From Cycas panzhihuaensis (lineage: Eukaryota > Plantae > Cycadophyta): 64,000 nt of DNA. Location of the stretch: assembly GCA_023213395.1 (NCBI GenBank), contig CM041465.1, forward strand, positions 103,051,741-103,115,740, read 5' to 3'. Of this stretch, positions 11,357 to 25,015 are shown piece by piece; positions within the stretch are counted from its first letter, which is position 1, and every line of letters begins with the position of its first letter. Both the position numbers and the translations under genes were made by a program. Under the pieces are notes generated by a model, which had not been told where the DNA came from, did no database searches, and saw only the letters and a program-made list of their open reading frames with translations.

Positions 11357-14300
11357 TGTGGGATGTATCTTCTCACAAGTGCTCCTTGAGATAATAGAAA
11401 AATGATAATCACAACCACTTCATTCTGCAAACAAATTAATAGAGAATCTCATAAAAACACAAGAGTGCCAAATGATCACCAAAATAGAGAGCACCACAGC
11501 ACAATCTTAATAAAAAGTTACATCAAGCTAATCATATTTTACAATTTATAACCCTTATATAGACAAAAGAGGGTCTTTCACATGCAATCCTTTTGGTGGC
11601 CTAAATGGCCTTACATTCTATTAGTTGACATAGTGGCCTTATATATCATTGGCTAGCTTATCAGCTCATGTATAAAGTTCTATAATTAACCTTATCTCTT
11701 AACTTCTTGATAGCTCTCTGTAATAGGTCCCCTCCCCTATGATGTTGAGTCCTCAAGGCATGTGAGATATGGGTGCTTTTTGATAAAATTATGAGATTTC
11801 CAAGTGGCTTCGTCTGAGTTACAACTTACCCACTATATATTCTGAAATGGACCAATTTTAGAGATAGCATTGTCTATTAGCTAGTATACACTCTAGAGGT
11901 ACATACAAGGTTTGCTCTTTATCCAAAATTGGAAGGGTTATTTGGGGGACATGGGTTTAGCTTAGACACTTTTATAGATAGGATATATAAAAAACATTAT
12001 GGATGTTAGTGGTAGGGGGGAGGTCGAGTGTATATGCAATTTCACCAATATGTTTAAGGACTTTATAGGGGCCATAATATCAAGGTCTAAGTTTATGGTT
12101 CTTATGATGATGAAGGGATTGTTGCTTCTAAGGTTGTAGACAAAGGAATACAAGATCACCAATATTGAAGGAGCGATCAAAATAGTGGCAACCTGCTAAT
12201 TGTTTCATTCAATTTTGGGCCATGGATAGGTTTTATTTAAGGGTATAGAGAATTTGGTCCATAAGCTATAGTTTTTATTGTGCTGTTGTCATGCAAAGGT
12301 TGGTAGCTAAGGTATGGTAGGATAATGGGGGATATCTATAGAGATCCAAAAATGGGGATATTCTAATAGCTAAATGATATGAGGAGTTATACTAATACTC
12401 AACTAGGGCTAGCCATGATGTCTATTTAGTTCGATGGTTAGATGTAAAGCAACGTAAGTAGGTCTCTAAAGTTTTGTTAAGGACCTCTAATTGGCCATCA
12501 GTCTATGGATGGTATGCCAAAGTCATATTGAATGATGTTCTTGATATGTGAATAGCTCTTGCCAAAAGGAGCTAGTAAATTTAGGATCTTAGTCACATAT
12601 GATAGTGGATGGAAAACTATGCAAGTGAAATATTATCTAGAGGTAAATGTCAGCAATATATGGAGCCTTATAGGTTTTATGGACAGGTAAGAAGTGGGCA
12701 AATTTTATCAACCTATCTATGACTACTAAAATAGAGTTATATCTAGTAGATAACGGTAAGTCTGTTATAAAATCCATGGTAATATCTTGCCATTTACCTT
12801 GTGGGATGTGCAATAATTGAAGGAGGCTTGATTAGGGTTTCATACCGACTTTGTTATATTGGTATGTGTCATATTCAAAGACAAAGGTAAGGATGGTGGA
12901 TTTCATTTCTGGCCAAAATAAGTTAGATTATATCTTATGATAAATTTTATTAAAACTAGAATGACCACCAAGAGGGGAAGAATGATATTCTAATAAAATT
13001 CATGGAATGAAAGCTAAGTGGGGGTGTACGGATATGTGAAGATTATTATAGATGGACCAATCCTTATGAGTGTGGACCTTATAAGCCTAGTATGAGAAAT
13101 CTAGTTGGGGTTGGTTAACCGTGGCTAAGTCTAATATCCATATAAGGTTATGGGGAAGAAATGGCATGAATGGTGGGCTCCTACCGTGATAAGTGTTATT
13201 GTCAAGTATAAGGGAAGGTAGCATCAAGAGAGCATCTGCCATAATATTATCTTTCCCCTTTTTATATGTGATTGTAAAGTCAAAATCTTAGAGGTAGTCG
13301 ACCTATTTAGTCTGCTCTTCCGAGAGGACCAGTTAATCTAGTAGGTGATGAAGGCTATGATGATTTGTGAGGATAGTAAATTTAGAACCAAGTAGATACT
13401 GTCATCATTTATCAATAGTGTGGAGGATGGCCCACATTTCTTTTTAATAAGTAAATGGTCTACACTCATGATCTTTGAGTTTTCAACTTTTAAAGGCAAT
13501 GAGGTGGAAGTCCTACATTAAGACTATACCCAGTCCAAACCCAGAGGCATCACATTCTAATTGAAAAGGTTGAGTAAAGTTAGGACAGGCCAAAACTAGG
13601 GTGGTTATCATGACCTCTTTTAGATGGAGGAAGGCCTCATTGGCTGAGGGAGGCCATTGGAAGGAATCCTTCTGAAGTAAGTGGGTTAAGGGGGTGGTTA
13701 GTGTGGCATAATTTTGAACGAACCAATGATAAAATCTGGGAAGCCCTAAGGCTAATTGGTGATGATAGAGATTTTATCGGGATCCACCTGGACCCCTACA
13801 AAGTATATAATATGACCAAGGTATTCTAGTTCAGATTTCTTAAACTTACATTTGGAGAGTTTAACATATAGTTTATTCTCAGCCAATATTTGAAGGACTA
13901 TTTCTAGATGTGGCATGTGAGCAAGCATGTTTGAGCTATAAATAAGAATATTGTCAAAGAAGACAATGATAAATTTTCACAGGTATACGAAAAAGATCTT
14001 ATTCATGAAGGCCTGAAAGGTAGCTAGAGCATAATATAGGCCAAAGGGCATAACCTGGAACTCAAAGTGGCCATGGTGGGTTTGGAAAGCTATTTTATAT
14101 TGATCCTCTAGCAAGATAGGGATTTGGTAATATCTTGACTGTAAATTGAGTTTGGTAAAAATTGTAGCACCATGGATCTTCTCTAATATGTCATCGATTC
14201 ATAGCGTGGGGAACTTATATTTTATAGTGATTTTATTGAGCGCATGATAGTCAATACAAAGTTAGAAAGAGTCATCCTTTTCATGAACTAGAATGATGGG

Positions 14301-17300
14301 TGTTGCATATGGATTTTACTAGGTTAGATGATGCCTATATCCAGTAATTCCCTCGTGATTTTCTTGATTTTATTTTTGTGCAAATAGGAGCTCCTATATG
14401 GTTGAAGGCTAATTAGGTTGTGTGAATTTTATAACTCAATAGTATGATAAGAACCTCGATTAGGTGGGGGTTGGTAGATAACAGAGCAAATATAGATTAG
14501 TATCAGTCCAATACTTGCTGGATATAAGGGTGAATGTTCAAAGGGGCCTAGATATGGTTGAGAAAAATGATGTATCCTATATTACCGTTGAGTTGTCAGC
14601 GCATTCGAGTGGGTGGGATTACTTTATTTAGAGGAGCTTGCATACCATAAAGTTTATGTGAGTAGCCCATGTAATCTTTGAATATAATGAATGGGGTTAT
14701 GGGTGAGTTATTGGTGTTATAGGTTCCTAGAGTTTAGAGCTATTATATGCTAAGAATTACATTTGACCCACCTATGTATAGGGCATAAAAATTAGGGACA
14801 AGGGTATATGAGCCAATGTGAACCATGAGGTTTTTTATTGTTCTTGCACAGTGAAGGGTGTGATGACCAGGTAAGGATTAGGTAAAGCTCATTTTAGGTT
14901 CTATGTAAAGATTCAACTATCGGGCAATAAATATATCAATGAGATTTAGTGATGTACCACCATCAATCAAAATGATGATTGGGGTATTTTGAAGTATTTC
15001 TTTAACTCAGAGTGGTTCAAGACTTGCAATGGAGGTAACGATTAATAAGGAAACTTTGGGTTTAGGATGTAGAGATAACTCATCAGTAGGGTAGTCTTAG
15101 TGTTTATCATCATAGTCGTGCTTGGTCTGATGGTCATCCTCTAAAGACAAGTCATGGTTAAGTGTGAAGACTATCTTTCTGGCTTTGCATATTCTACTAT
15201 GACTAGAGGTCTATTTTTTAGAATATTACATACATAGACTGGCTTCCCAATGACGTTGTGCCTTTATTGGAGTGATGTGGATGGACTTTGAAGATGGTTC
15301 CTTAGTGCGTTACTTGAGATATGTAGATGGCATGTCCTCTGGTTGTGGGCATGATCATTGGTAATCAGTTGGGCATGGTCTTTAGGACTAGGTAGTATCA
15401 GCTTATCAAGATTGTGAAAACCATGTGGAGTCTCAGTTGAATAGAGGAGGTTTTTCTAAGGAAAACTCTACTTCTACTAATTTAGCCATGTTGATTGCAT
15501 ATTTTAGAGTAGATAGGGAGACTGTCTTCATATGTATTTGAATACATTCTTTAAGCCTAGACATATACATATCTATCTCTGTTTGTTTATCAAATTGTTG
15601 ATCAACTTGATTATGTAGAGATTATAACTCATCAGTGTATACTTTGACAGAGGATACCTATTTTAACCATGTCAGTTGTGTGAAAAAAGATTGGTTCTAA
15701 GTGTCTGTATACTACTTGAAAAAATAGTTAGAGAAGTGTGCCCAAGATTGGCTAAAAGGATACTCCTGCTTCCACCATCAGAACCAATAGTACGCCTTCT
15801 CATCTAGGTGGATGGAAGCAAATGTAAGTTGTTCATTTACTGAGATTAGGTTGAGTGTAAAGTAGGACTCTAGTTTATTAATCTAACTTCATGCATTGTC
15901 CTTGTTGAGATCTTGATTAAATGTAGGTATGTTGATCTTATGATAAAATGGTTATTATTGACATGGAGGCAGAGTCAAGTTTTATTACTGTGTGGGGCTG
16001 ATTGAAGAGGAGGTTGCTAGTGGCAGAGGAGAGAAGTTGTTCAACCTCTAAAGTACCCGTTGTATATCAGAATGAGATGCTTGAGTTGACATATTTATGT
16101 GAAATTCTGTGTGTATGACATCTGCTTCATTGTTAACCTCCTCGTGCATGTGGTTTAAATCTTGCTTAATTTTTTCTTGAATGTTAGTGACTTGGGTCTT
16201 GAGTGCTGAGATCTTCTTATTATTGCTTAGAGGAGCCATGGAGAAAGGGCATAAAGAGGCAAGAATAGGTAGAAAGAAGGAGGATGAACAAAGTGGAAAA
16301 GATCAAGAAAGAATGGGGCATAAGAATTAGGGAGTTGTTAAGGGGAAGAGAAGGGGGTAAATAGGGAGATTTTGGGGTGTCTATAGCCTGTTAACAACAA
16401 AACTTTATATAAGAAAGATATTAGATTCACTCAAATAAGTGCGAAAAGCTCATTTAGATGGAGTATGTGAGGTGTAGGGGGGGTTAGGGGTGGCGGGGCC
16501 CACTAGTGACTAGGTATTAAAAAATGTAAAAGTTACTAATATATACTAACCTAGTACAAACTGACTAGTACGATGTGTTGATCAAATTAGGTATATAAGT
16601 TGTAAAGGTAAATTTTTTTGCCATGAACTTACATTGTCAAGAGTGACTAAGTAGAGTTTTTTTTTTTTTTTTTTGTTCTTCTTCTTTCTTTCATTTTCTC
16701 TATTTTTTTGTTTTCCTATGGTGAGTCTGACTGTGCTGACAGTTTTTGAGTTTAGGCAGTAAGAGGATTTTTTTTTTTTCTTTTATTTTTTTAAAATATA
16801 AGGTGACTTATGATTTGAATCTGGGAGTGGAATATGTATATCAGAGTATCTTACCCACCACTAGACAAGGTATGCTTGGTCTTATAAGCTTGCTAATAAA
16901 CTATAGAAGTTTGAGGTAGGAAGGAATAGGGACATGAAGGGGTCCTTTAATATACTTAAAGGTATGTGGAGGCACATTTTTGTAGCTAGTTTTTGTCTAG
17001 GGCTTAGGTTATGAGTGTTATCTCCAGTCCTTTATACAGGAGGTAGAAAATACATGATGTGCTTGACTAGAATGATAAATCCCTGTGATATTTAAAGACC
17101 CCCGGTACAGGGTCTCTACCTAACTACTTAGGTAGCCACCCAGCAATGTTATCTACCTAGGAAAGAGAGGTAGGAGGAAGAAAGGGTAGCCACCCAATGG
17201 TGTTATCTACCCTTGAGATATAATTCAAAGCAAGAATTGAAATACAAAAATGAAATTAAAACTAGATGAAAAATAAGAAAATAAAGTACTGGCGTTACCT

Positions 17301-17864
17301 AGGGGAAGAAATTCCCCTTTTCTTATAACTCTTAGACTATCTAGGTACCCTTCCTCAATTTTTATAGAGAGAGTACTAAGCAAAGGTCTTTCCTCGATGT
17401 CTACTAGGGTAGAGAGAGTACTCGATCTAACAGGAAAAAAATTTTCTAATTTTTTAGGTAGTTTCCTACAATCACTACGTAGCTCTAATACCACTTAGGA
17501 CGTATCTTCTCATAAGTGCTCCTTGAGACAACAGAAAAATGACAATTGTAACCACTTCATTCTATAAATAAATTAATAGAGAATCTCACAAGAACACAAG
17601 AGCACCAAATGATCACCAAAATAGAGAGTACTACAGTATAATTTTTATAAAGAGTCACATTAAGCTAATTATCTTTTACAATCTATGACCCTTATGTAGA
17701 CAAAAGAGGGTCTTTTGTATGTAATCCTATTGGTGGCCTAAGTGGCCTTACATTCTATTAGTTAGTATAATAGCCTTGCATACCATTGGCTAACTTATCG
17801 ACTCATGCAAGAAGTTCCATAATTAACCTTATCTCTTAATCTCCTGATAGCTCTCCACATAATA
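11357..17864 (-). mobile_element. Full-length degenerate chromovirus Ty3/gypsy element (Reina-like)
   Basis: LTRs 11357-11725 and ~17495-17864. PBS reverse complement gctctaatacca 17482-17493; PPT reverse complement ggtcccctcccct 11726-11738. TSD is imperfect. Confidence 0.93.
11740..16240 (-). pseudogene. Gypsy gag-pol pseudogene with C-terminal chromodomain
   Basis: FASIHLDEKAYYWF (gag ~15800), IILIDGGTSLNLI (protease ~14960), [10 protein letters not shown] and IVFFDNILIYS (RT ~13940-14070), PFQLECDASGFGLG (RNase H ~13550), AYHP*TDGQLEVLNKTLETYLRCF (integrase ~12450-12520), SDEATWKS..F..KHPYL (chromodomain ~11765-11820). Confidence 0.92.
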
Positions 17865-17901
17865 GTGTTTTATATAACTTAGTAAGATGAGTTATGTAAC
17901 A

Positions 17902-20900
17902 ATTTGATCCTTTTAAGGGATGGTAAAGGGGAAGGAAATATAGATTTGTTTCTAGTTCTAAGTCAAACATAGGGGGCCTTATTGGTTCCTAAGGAAAGAG
18001 AGGCGGGGAGGTCACAAATGATAGACTCATTATGAGAAAAAGATAGAATCAAACTTGTCATTTCAGTTATAGATTAGGGGAACTTGACTAAGATCATGTT
18101 GCATAATAACTAGATTAGAGAAGTCTCATACATAATAAACCATGTTAATGGTTTGCGATATGGGATAAGAAATAATTTCAGTGGTCATGGTAGGAATACT
18201 CTCACTCATAAAGTGCCTAAATATCCTACATACATCACCAAGATAGGTAATAAACTAGGGGACCCCTATATGATGAGTTAATTAGATGGTAGGTTGAGGA
18301 GAGGGTAGAGCTATAATGTGCAACTCAGTAGTCTCATCAAATAGATTTGGGCACTAGTTATAGATAAGGTGGTTAGAATGGCATTCAAGCTAATCTTATT
18401 AGAAAGGAGATATTCTATAGGGTGGAGGAAGCAGTGGTAAGGCTCATGGGTTCTCTAAGGTGTCCTATTGGAGCTCATATGGAGAGGAGGTCCTTTTATA
18501 AGGGAAAAAAAGAGGGGGAATATCTGTATGAGATGATTTCCCTTATGTTTGGTAAATAGTAACCACCTAGTATATAAGGGCCATTGGGATTGGATTCAGG
18601 GTCATTAAGGACAACCAAATATCCATAGTTATCCATACTAATTAGAGAAAAATGAACCACATCTAGTCTTAGAATGAGAGGATCATCATCAAACTAAGGG
18701 TCTAAATCCTAGAAGAGAATCTCGAGGGAGGGGTCTTATTTAAACATCTCATCAACTTCTATAACAAGGATGGCTTGAACATCAGTTTGGTATAAATGAG
18801 AATGTGGTGGTCCATGTGTAATGGTACACACTCTTTTGTTATGGACAAACTTTAGTTGGCCCTACAAGGAAGAATAAATTACCCCCATCTAGTCCAACCA
18901 TGGTCATCCTGAAAGGAGGTTATAATCAATAACAATGTCAAGGATTATGATGTTGGTGAGGATGGTTTTATCCTTGAGGGTAAGGGAAAGGGTGACTATT
19001 CTAAAGGGGGCTTTCTCATTTCCATAGAACTAGTTCGAGGGCCCTAATGTTAAGTTTCTCAAGCATTCAAGCAGGCATGGTGTTAATAGAAGATCCATTG
19101 TGTACCTTAATCCTCTTAAGGGCAAACTCTAAGGTCTTAATGGTTATGGCAAAAGGATAATGCCAAAGGAACTCATACTTTTTTGGGGGTGGTATGTCTT
19201 TGGGATTAAAGGTTATGATAATGCCTTGAGGTAGAGGCCTCAAATTCTTAGGGTTAATGGGCATGATGCTCACTATATAGATGGTGGCTTCCTTATGCCC
19301 TAGAGCCTTTAGAAATAGGTAACACTGATGAGGGGACATACCCATATAAACTATATGAAGATCCTTAATGATTAAGAAGGACTTCCCCTTATTAGTGGGT
19401 TGGAGAAGGGCCCTTTTAAAGTTGTAAAGACTAGGGTAAATAAGAATTATCTTGGGAAAAAGTTAGATCTTATTTGGTTGGGGTTTGATAAGTGATTATT
19501 TAAAAGTGGAGGTCTCTTTGATCTCCTAGACTGCTTGAGCCTGACTCATATTGAATACTTGAGTTGCATCAAGCATTTGGTTGACTCTCTTACCCTTGTC
19601 ATTGTAGCATTAGGTAACTTTAGTAGACTCTTGCTCTTTGAAGGAAGAGTTATTCAACTAGGTCTATGGTTGATCCATAGGTTGGTTCAAAGAAGGGTTA
19701 GATGATGATCTTCTTTAAGGTTAGGGTGATTATCTTCCTTATAAATTTTGTCCCTGGGATAGGGTCTTTAGAGCTCTATAGCTTAGGAAAGGGCCTTGGT
19801 GGAATGACTGCTCGAGGTTGGGCTTAGACATATCTTGAGGAGGAGGATCATACGATGGTGCCTACTTAGGATATTGGATTTAGTAATGGGTATCATCATG
19901 GCTATAGTTTTTATAAATTTGGCACCACCTCTTTTTAGGAGGGTATAAATTCTTTTTACCTATGGGAGGGGCAAATGGTAAAACTACTTGAGGGCATTAC
20001 CCTAGAGGGACTTAGGCAAGATCTTTATTAGGATGTGGTTATATGGTTAGTAATGAATACATGCCATGGCAAAAGCCTTGACATGGTCTCTAAGATCTTG
20101 GGATGAAGTGCCTTCAAACTTGGGCACTTCTAGGAGATGGGGCAATAAATTGGTTCTAAGGGCATTAAGGGAGAGCAGGTTGGTCCTATAATTAATAAAG
20201 GGGCATGTCCTAGGTTGAGCTAGAGGATTAACTAGTGGAAAAGCTAGTTAGCATGGATAAATCAATTATGTTTTGGTCCCAACATAAGATGTATATCTTT
20301 ATTAGTAAGTTTGGTATGGTGGAATGGTTTGAGAGATGGCTCCATCTTGATAAGTAGTTATCATTTAGGTGTAAGGGTTAGGTACATGTGGAACAAGTCC
20401 CCTAAAAGCTAAAGCACAATACAGGAGGCTTGATAAGGAACACTAGTTTGTGAAACTACTCCCTAAGGAATAATTACATAAGATGGGATAGGTATAGGCC
20501 TAAGTTATATCTAATAAGACTAGACATTATGAACTTAGTAAATGGGAGTAAACTGGGGACCTATAGCTTGCTAGGACAGTACATATGGTTGAGCACCTAT
20601 AAGCATGGATTGATAAGGTGGAAAAGGATAGGATGGAGGATGTGGAATTAAGTTTTACCCATGTAGGCCTTGAATTGGAGGGGAAATCCCATATGGATGG
20701 AGCATATCAACTTCAAAATAGGTTGAGGGTGAGGCCCACCCTATCTCCACCACTAGGTGGTGTACCTAGGTAGGACCAAAGAGGATTGGCTAGGTTAGGT
20801 GATGGGTTAGATAGATTAAATAGGACATGGAGGAGGGTGAGGTATCCTTAGAGGTCTTATTAGATAAGGGTAAGGAAGAATTGGGGGTGTAGGGGCAATC

Positions 20901-22950
20901 CATGCAATTGTTGGTTGCAAAATAGAGGTGTGAAGCCCACATGCTAATGGGGTAGGTGGGGGAATACGTATGATGGGTTAGATAGATTAGGAAATTAGCC
21001 AAGTAGGTTAGGGCATTACTATCAATATAGGACCCACAGATGAGGCTACCATCAGTGGGGGTTGGATAAGGGGAAGGGTAGATGGTCCCACTAGTTATGA
21101 AACAACCTATTGTTGTAGGGCTACTTATTATTATGGTTAGAAAATAGATGGGACAAATGTAGGGCCATTTTAAATAAACATTAGACCTAGTGTGAAGTGG
21201 GATTTTCTACTACAATCACTTTATATAATACTCTAAGGCTAGCTACAATATTGAAAGGAGTGGTTTAGGCCTAAAGTAGGTTAGCGACTTAGTCACCCCC
21301 TTGGGTTTAATTGAAAGTGAAGACTTGAGCTATTGACTCAAGGGTTTGAGAAAGGTCATGGAGTTGGGTGGCTTTAATAATATAAGTATAAGACTTTATA
21401 GGCTCCTGATCCACTTCATAGGGTTGGTATATAGGATCTACTTCTTATTAATAAGGCTCCTATTATCCATAAGGATCAATTGCTTGAGACCAATCCTATG
21501 TGTAAGCTTAGTATGGATCTTGGATTTGGTATAGGGGTTGGGCCTGAAATGGGTCTATAGACAACTCAAGTAAGATCTAGCCTATCATTAAGGAATGCTC
21601 AATAAGTGAGGGACTAGATGGATATAAAAGATTAGACCCAGATGGAGGGAAACCTCTAAGATGACAAGAAATTCATCCCATATAAAAGGTAAAAGTATAA
21701 AGCAAAGAAGGTCTAGAGCTATGGTGCACACCTAGATTTTGAACTTGTAGGATAAGTATAAGGGATTATCACAAAGATGAGTTATGAATTGAATAGAGTC
21801 TCACCCTATGATAAGGAGCTCTAATGAGGAGGAAAGAGGGAATCAACAATTTGATATTTACTAGAACTCTACTAGTGATTCTCTAGTAGATGCAAATAGG
21901 CGGGAGGAAAGGATATGCAAACACGACCTTAGAATAGACCCAAAGGGTGAATAAGGGTCCAGACAGGGAGGGGTATAAGTATATGCCTTCTATAAGGTGC
22001 TCGTGCATCTCTTTTATGTAGGTGTAGGGATGATAGTTAATGTGGTTACTAGACTAATCTAAGGGTAATGTGTAAGTGTATGCTATGTGCCCAAAAAAAT
22101 GAAAATAAAGAGACTAAAAAGATAATCAAAACTAAGTAACAACTAAAATTTATAATGCAAGCATGCATATTAGGAAACTATGCATTAAACAAGAAGATAA
22201 ACTAAACCCAACCAAAAATCTAGAGATAATATCAATCAAATAAAATAGCTAGCACCCTAAAAAAGACTAAACAACACACCAACAACCCTTATGTTGTGAG
22301 GGGGATCTATCGAGTACAAGTACCCAAACTCTTATATGATGATGTGCCTATCCTAATTAACTACCCCACCTAAACTAATTAACCTAACCCTAACCCCAAC
22401 TCTTACTCAACTCTAAAATGATGGACTCAATCAATGAGAATTGGGAAAAGGATTGCCTAAAGTGAGACATCTAAAGGAATCAAGACCATATGATAGATCC
22501 ACTTTTGAATAAGTCAGCAAATACTCTTCTACTGACAATGGCACTCACATAAGTGTGAGGTGGCATAGTAGTGCTTGCATCCAATTCCAATGAACATCAA
22601 GGTCCCAAGTGCTAAAGTTGAAGAAGACATCACTCTTAATGAGATGAATGAAGTTCACTCAACTACCCACACCCCATGCATATGTATATGGCAAGGATAG
22701 GCACCCTTCACTAGCTCATTTAGAATATTGATACGGAGGACTTGATGCACCTAAAGGTATAAGACTAGATCCCTCATTTAGTGATGAAACCTAAATATAG
22801 AAACATTGGTCCCCCCTTGTTGATATGAGAATGGACCCTACAACCTATAAGAGGTTATAAGAAGAGAAAGAGTAAACAAATTAAATGTAACTAAGATATG
22901 ATTTTTATTGAATATAATCAACAAAGAGATTAATCTAATAAGAAAGAATA
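17902..22950 (-). mobile_element. Degenerate non-chromovirus gypsy (Tat/Ogre-like) gag-protease remnant, copy 1
   Basis: VPKFEGTSSQDLRDHVKAF (~20080-20130) and GNALK*FYHLP (gag); RIKVHNGSSINTMP (protease ~19080-19115); DYNLLSG*PWL (~18895-18927). Boundaries approximate; no LTR pair found. Confidence 0.7.
21893..22671 (+). repeat. ~780-bp dispersed direct repeat, copy A (leader-like region of the Tat-like family)
   Basis: Colinear with 24234-25015 (caaatagg...gcaaaca.gacc.tagaatagacc ... caacta.ccac). Confidence 0.88.
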
Positions 22951-23324
22951 TATCCCCATAGATTCAAGGACTTGCAATAGGTTTGACCGTCTTCTCGTTA
23001 GGTCTTTGATGATGATAAGTCATTGATTTTATATATTTTATAATGTTTATATAGGTACACTTTAAAATAAACTAGCACCTTGATAGCTAACATGTAGTCC
23101 TCCAATGACATTGAATTTGGTCTATGGGGATTGTTTACGATCCCCCATATAACCAATGGTTGATGCCTTGCCCCAAAATGATATTTTTTCATGTTGAGGA
23201 TCAATTTCCACGATAGATTAAAAATGTACATTTGAATTGGTTACATGAACTTTATTTTATTTGTGTTCCATGTTATACCCCCACCTTTTTCCCATCCCTC
23301 CCTCCCTCTCTTGATAGGTAGAGG

Positions 23325-23521
23325 GGCATTTATAAATAATTATCAAATTTTATTCTCTACAACATGTTTCTTTACTATTTTTATTCTGTTACTTATAACT
23401 TATCTTTTAGTCTATGTTGGGGATGGCATTTATAAATAATTATTAAATTTTCTTCTCTACATGTTTCTTTACTATTTCTATTATGTTACTTATAACTTAT
23501 CTTTTAGTCTATGTTGGGGAT
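23325..23521. repeat. 100-bp tandem duplication (2 copies)
   Basis: ggcatttataaataatt...ttatcttttagtctatgttggggat starts at both 23325 and 23425. Confidence 0.93.
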
Positions 23522-24233
23522 TAATTTTAATTATGCTGCTCATATGGCAAATGTAAATTTAGAGTTTGGTTTGTTTAATACTTCTTATTTTATTATTTGG
23601 ATTTATATATGTGTACTTTAGTTTTCTTTATGTTACTTTGGTAAATCATTATATAATCTTATTGACTTTTGTATGGTAATAAGATAATATGAAAGGGTAG
23701 AATCTTAAATAGGGTAATTTTCAGCAGTATGGTGATTAAAAGCTTAGAAATATGGTTAAAGTGGGGTTTACAATGTATATACCCCTTAAGACCTTATTTG
23801 TGAATTACTTTTTAGAATATTTTCTTTTCGAGGATTCATCCTTCTTTTTGTAATCTTTTATGAAGCTATTTTAGAGTTATTTTTGTAAATTTAGATTATT
23901 TTTATTGTTATTAGAATTTTATATAACAAATTGCATTGGGTTTATTACAAAGGGTATTAAAGCATAATCTAGGTGAATTAGAGTTTCAAGTCAAAACTTT
24001 TTAATTTAAAGCTTTTATAACAGAAAAATTTCAAGTGTAGTAAAAAATTTGAGGTATTTTAGCTTGAGTTGCTATAAAATAATATGTTGTACTATGAACT
24101 TTTCAAAAAGAAAATTTAAGTTATCCAAATCTTAATTTTGGTCTAGTTTATCACATCCAACTTTGAGAATTCATGGCATATTTGGTAGTTATTTAAATGA
24201 TCTCAAATCAATCTTATTTGAAGCATTTGAACA

Positions 24234-25015
24234 CAAATAGGTAGGAGGGGAGGACATGCAAACATGACCCTAGAATAGACCTAAATGTCGAATAGGGATC
24301 TAGGCAGTGAGAGGCATGAGTATATACCCCCTACACGGTGTCTACATAACTCTTGTATGCAAAAGTAGGGACAATCTTCAATGTGTTTACTAGACTAATC
24401 TTAGGGCAATGTGTAGGTATACGCCACATACTAGAGAAAGAAGAAAATAAAGAGAGATTAAAATGAGAAGCAAAACTAATTAATAACTAAAATGTGTAAT
24501 GCAAGTAAATATATAAAGTAATTATGGATCATATAAGAATGTGAAGTAAACCCAATAAAAAAGCTTAGGATAATATTAATTAAAGAAGACAACTAATACC
24601 CTAAAAAAGGCTAAACAAGACACCAACAACCCTTATATTGTGAAGGAGGTTGATCAAGCATGAATGCTTAAACTCTTATATGACTATGTCTTTATTCTAA
24701 TCAAATTCCCCACCCAAGGTGACTAACCTAGTCTTAAACCAAACTCTTACTTGACCCTAAAATGATGGACTTGATCTATGAGAATGGGGGAAAAGACTAC
24801 CTAGAGTAAGAGGTCTAAAGAAATCAAGACCATAGGATAGGTCCACTCATGGATAAGTCAATGGAGACTCTTCTACATGCAATAGTACTTATATAAGTAT
24901 AAGGTGGCCTAGTAGCATCCACATCTTATTCTAATAAATCTCAAGTTCCTAAGTGGTGAAGTAGAAGATAACACTACTCTTAATGAGATAAATGAAATTC
25001 AATCAACTATCCACA
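24234..25015 (+). repeat. ~780-bp dispersed direct repeat, copy B, cut by the LTR element starting at 25016
   Basis: Colinear with 21893-22671; similarity ends at TG 25016. Confidence 0.88.
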
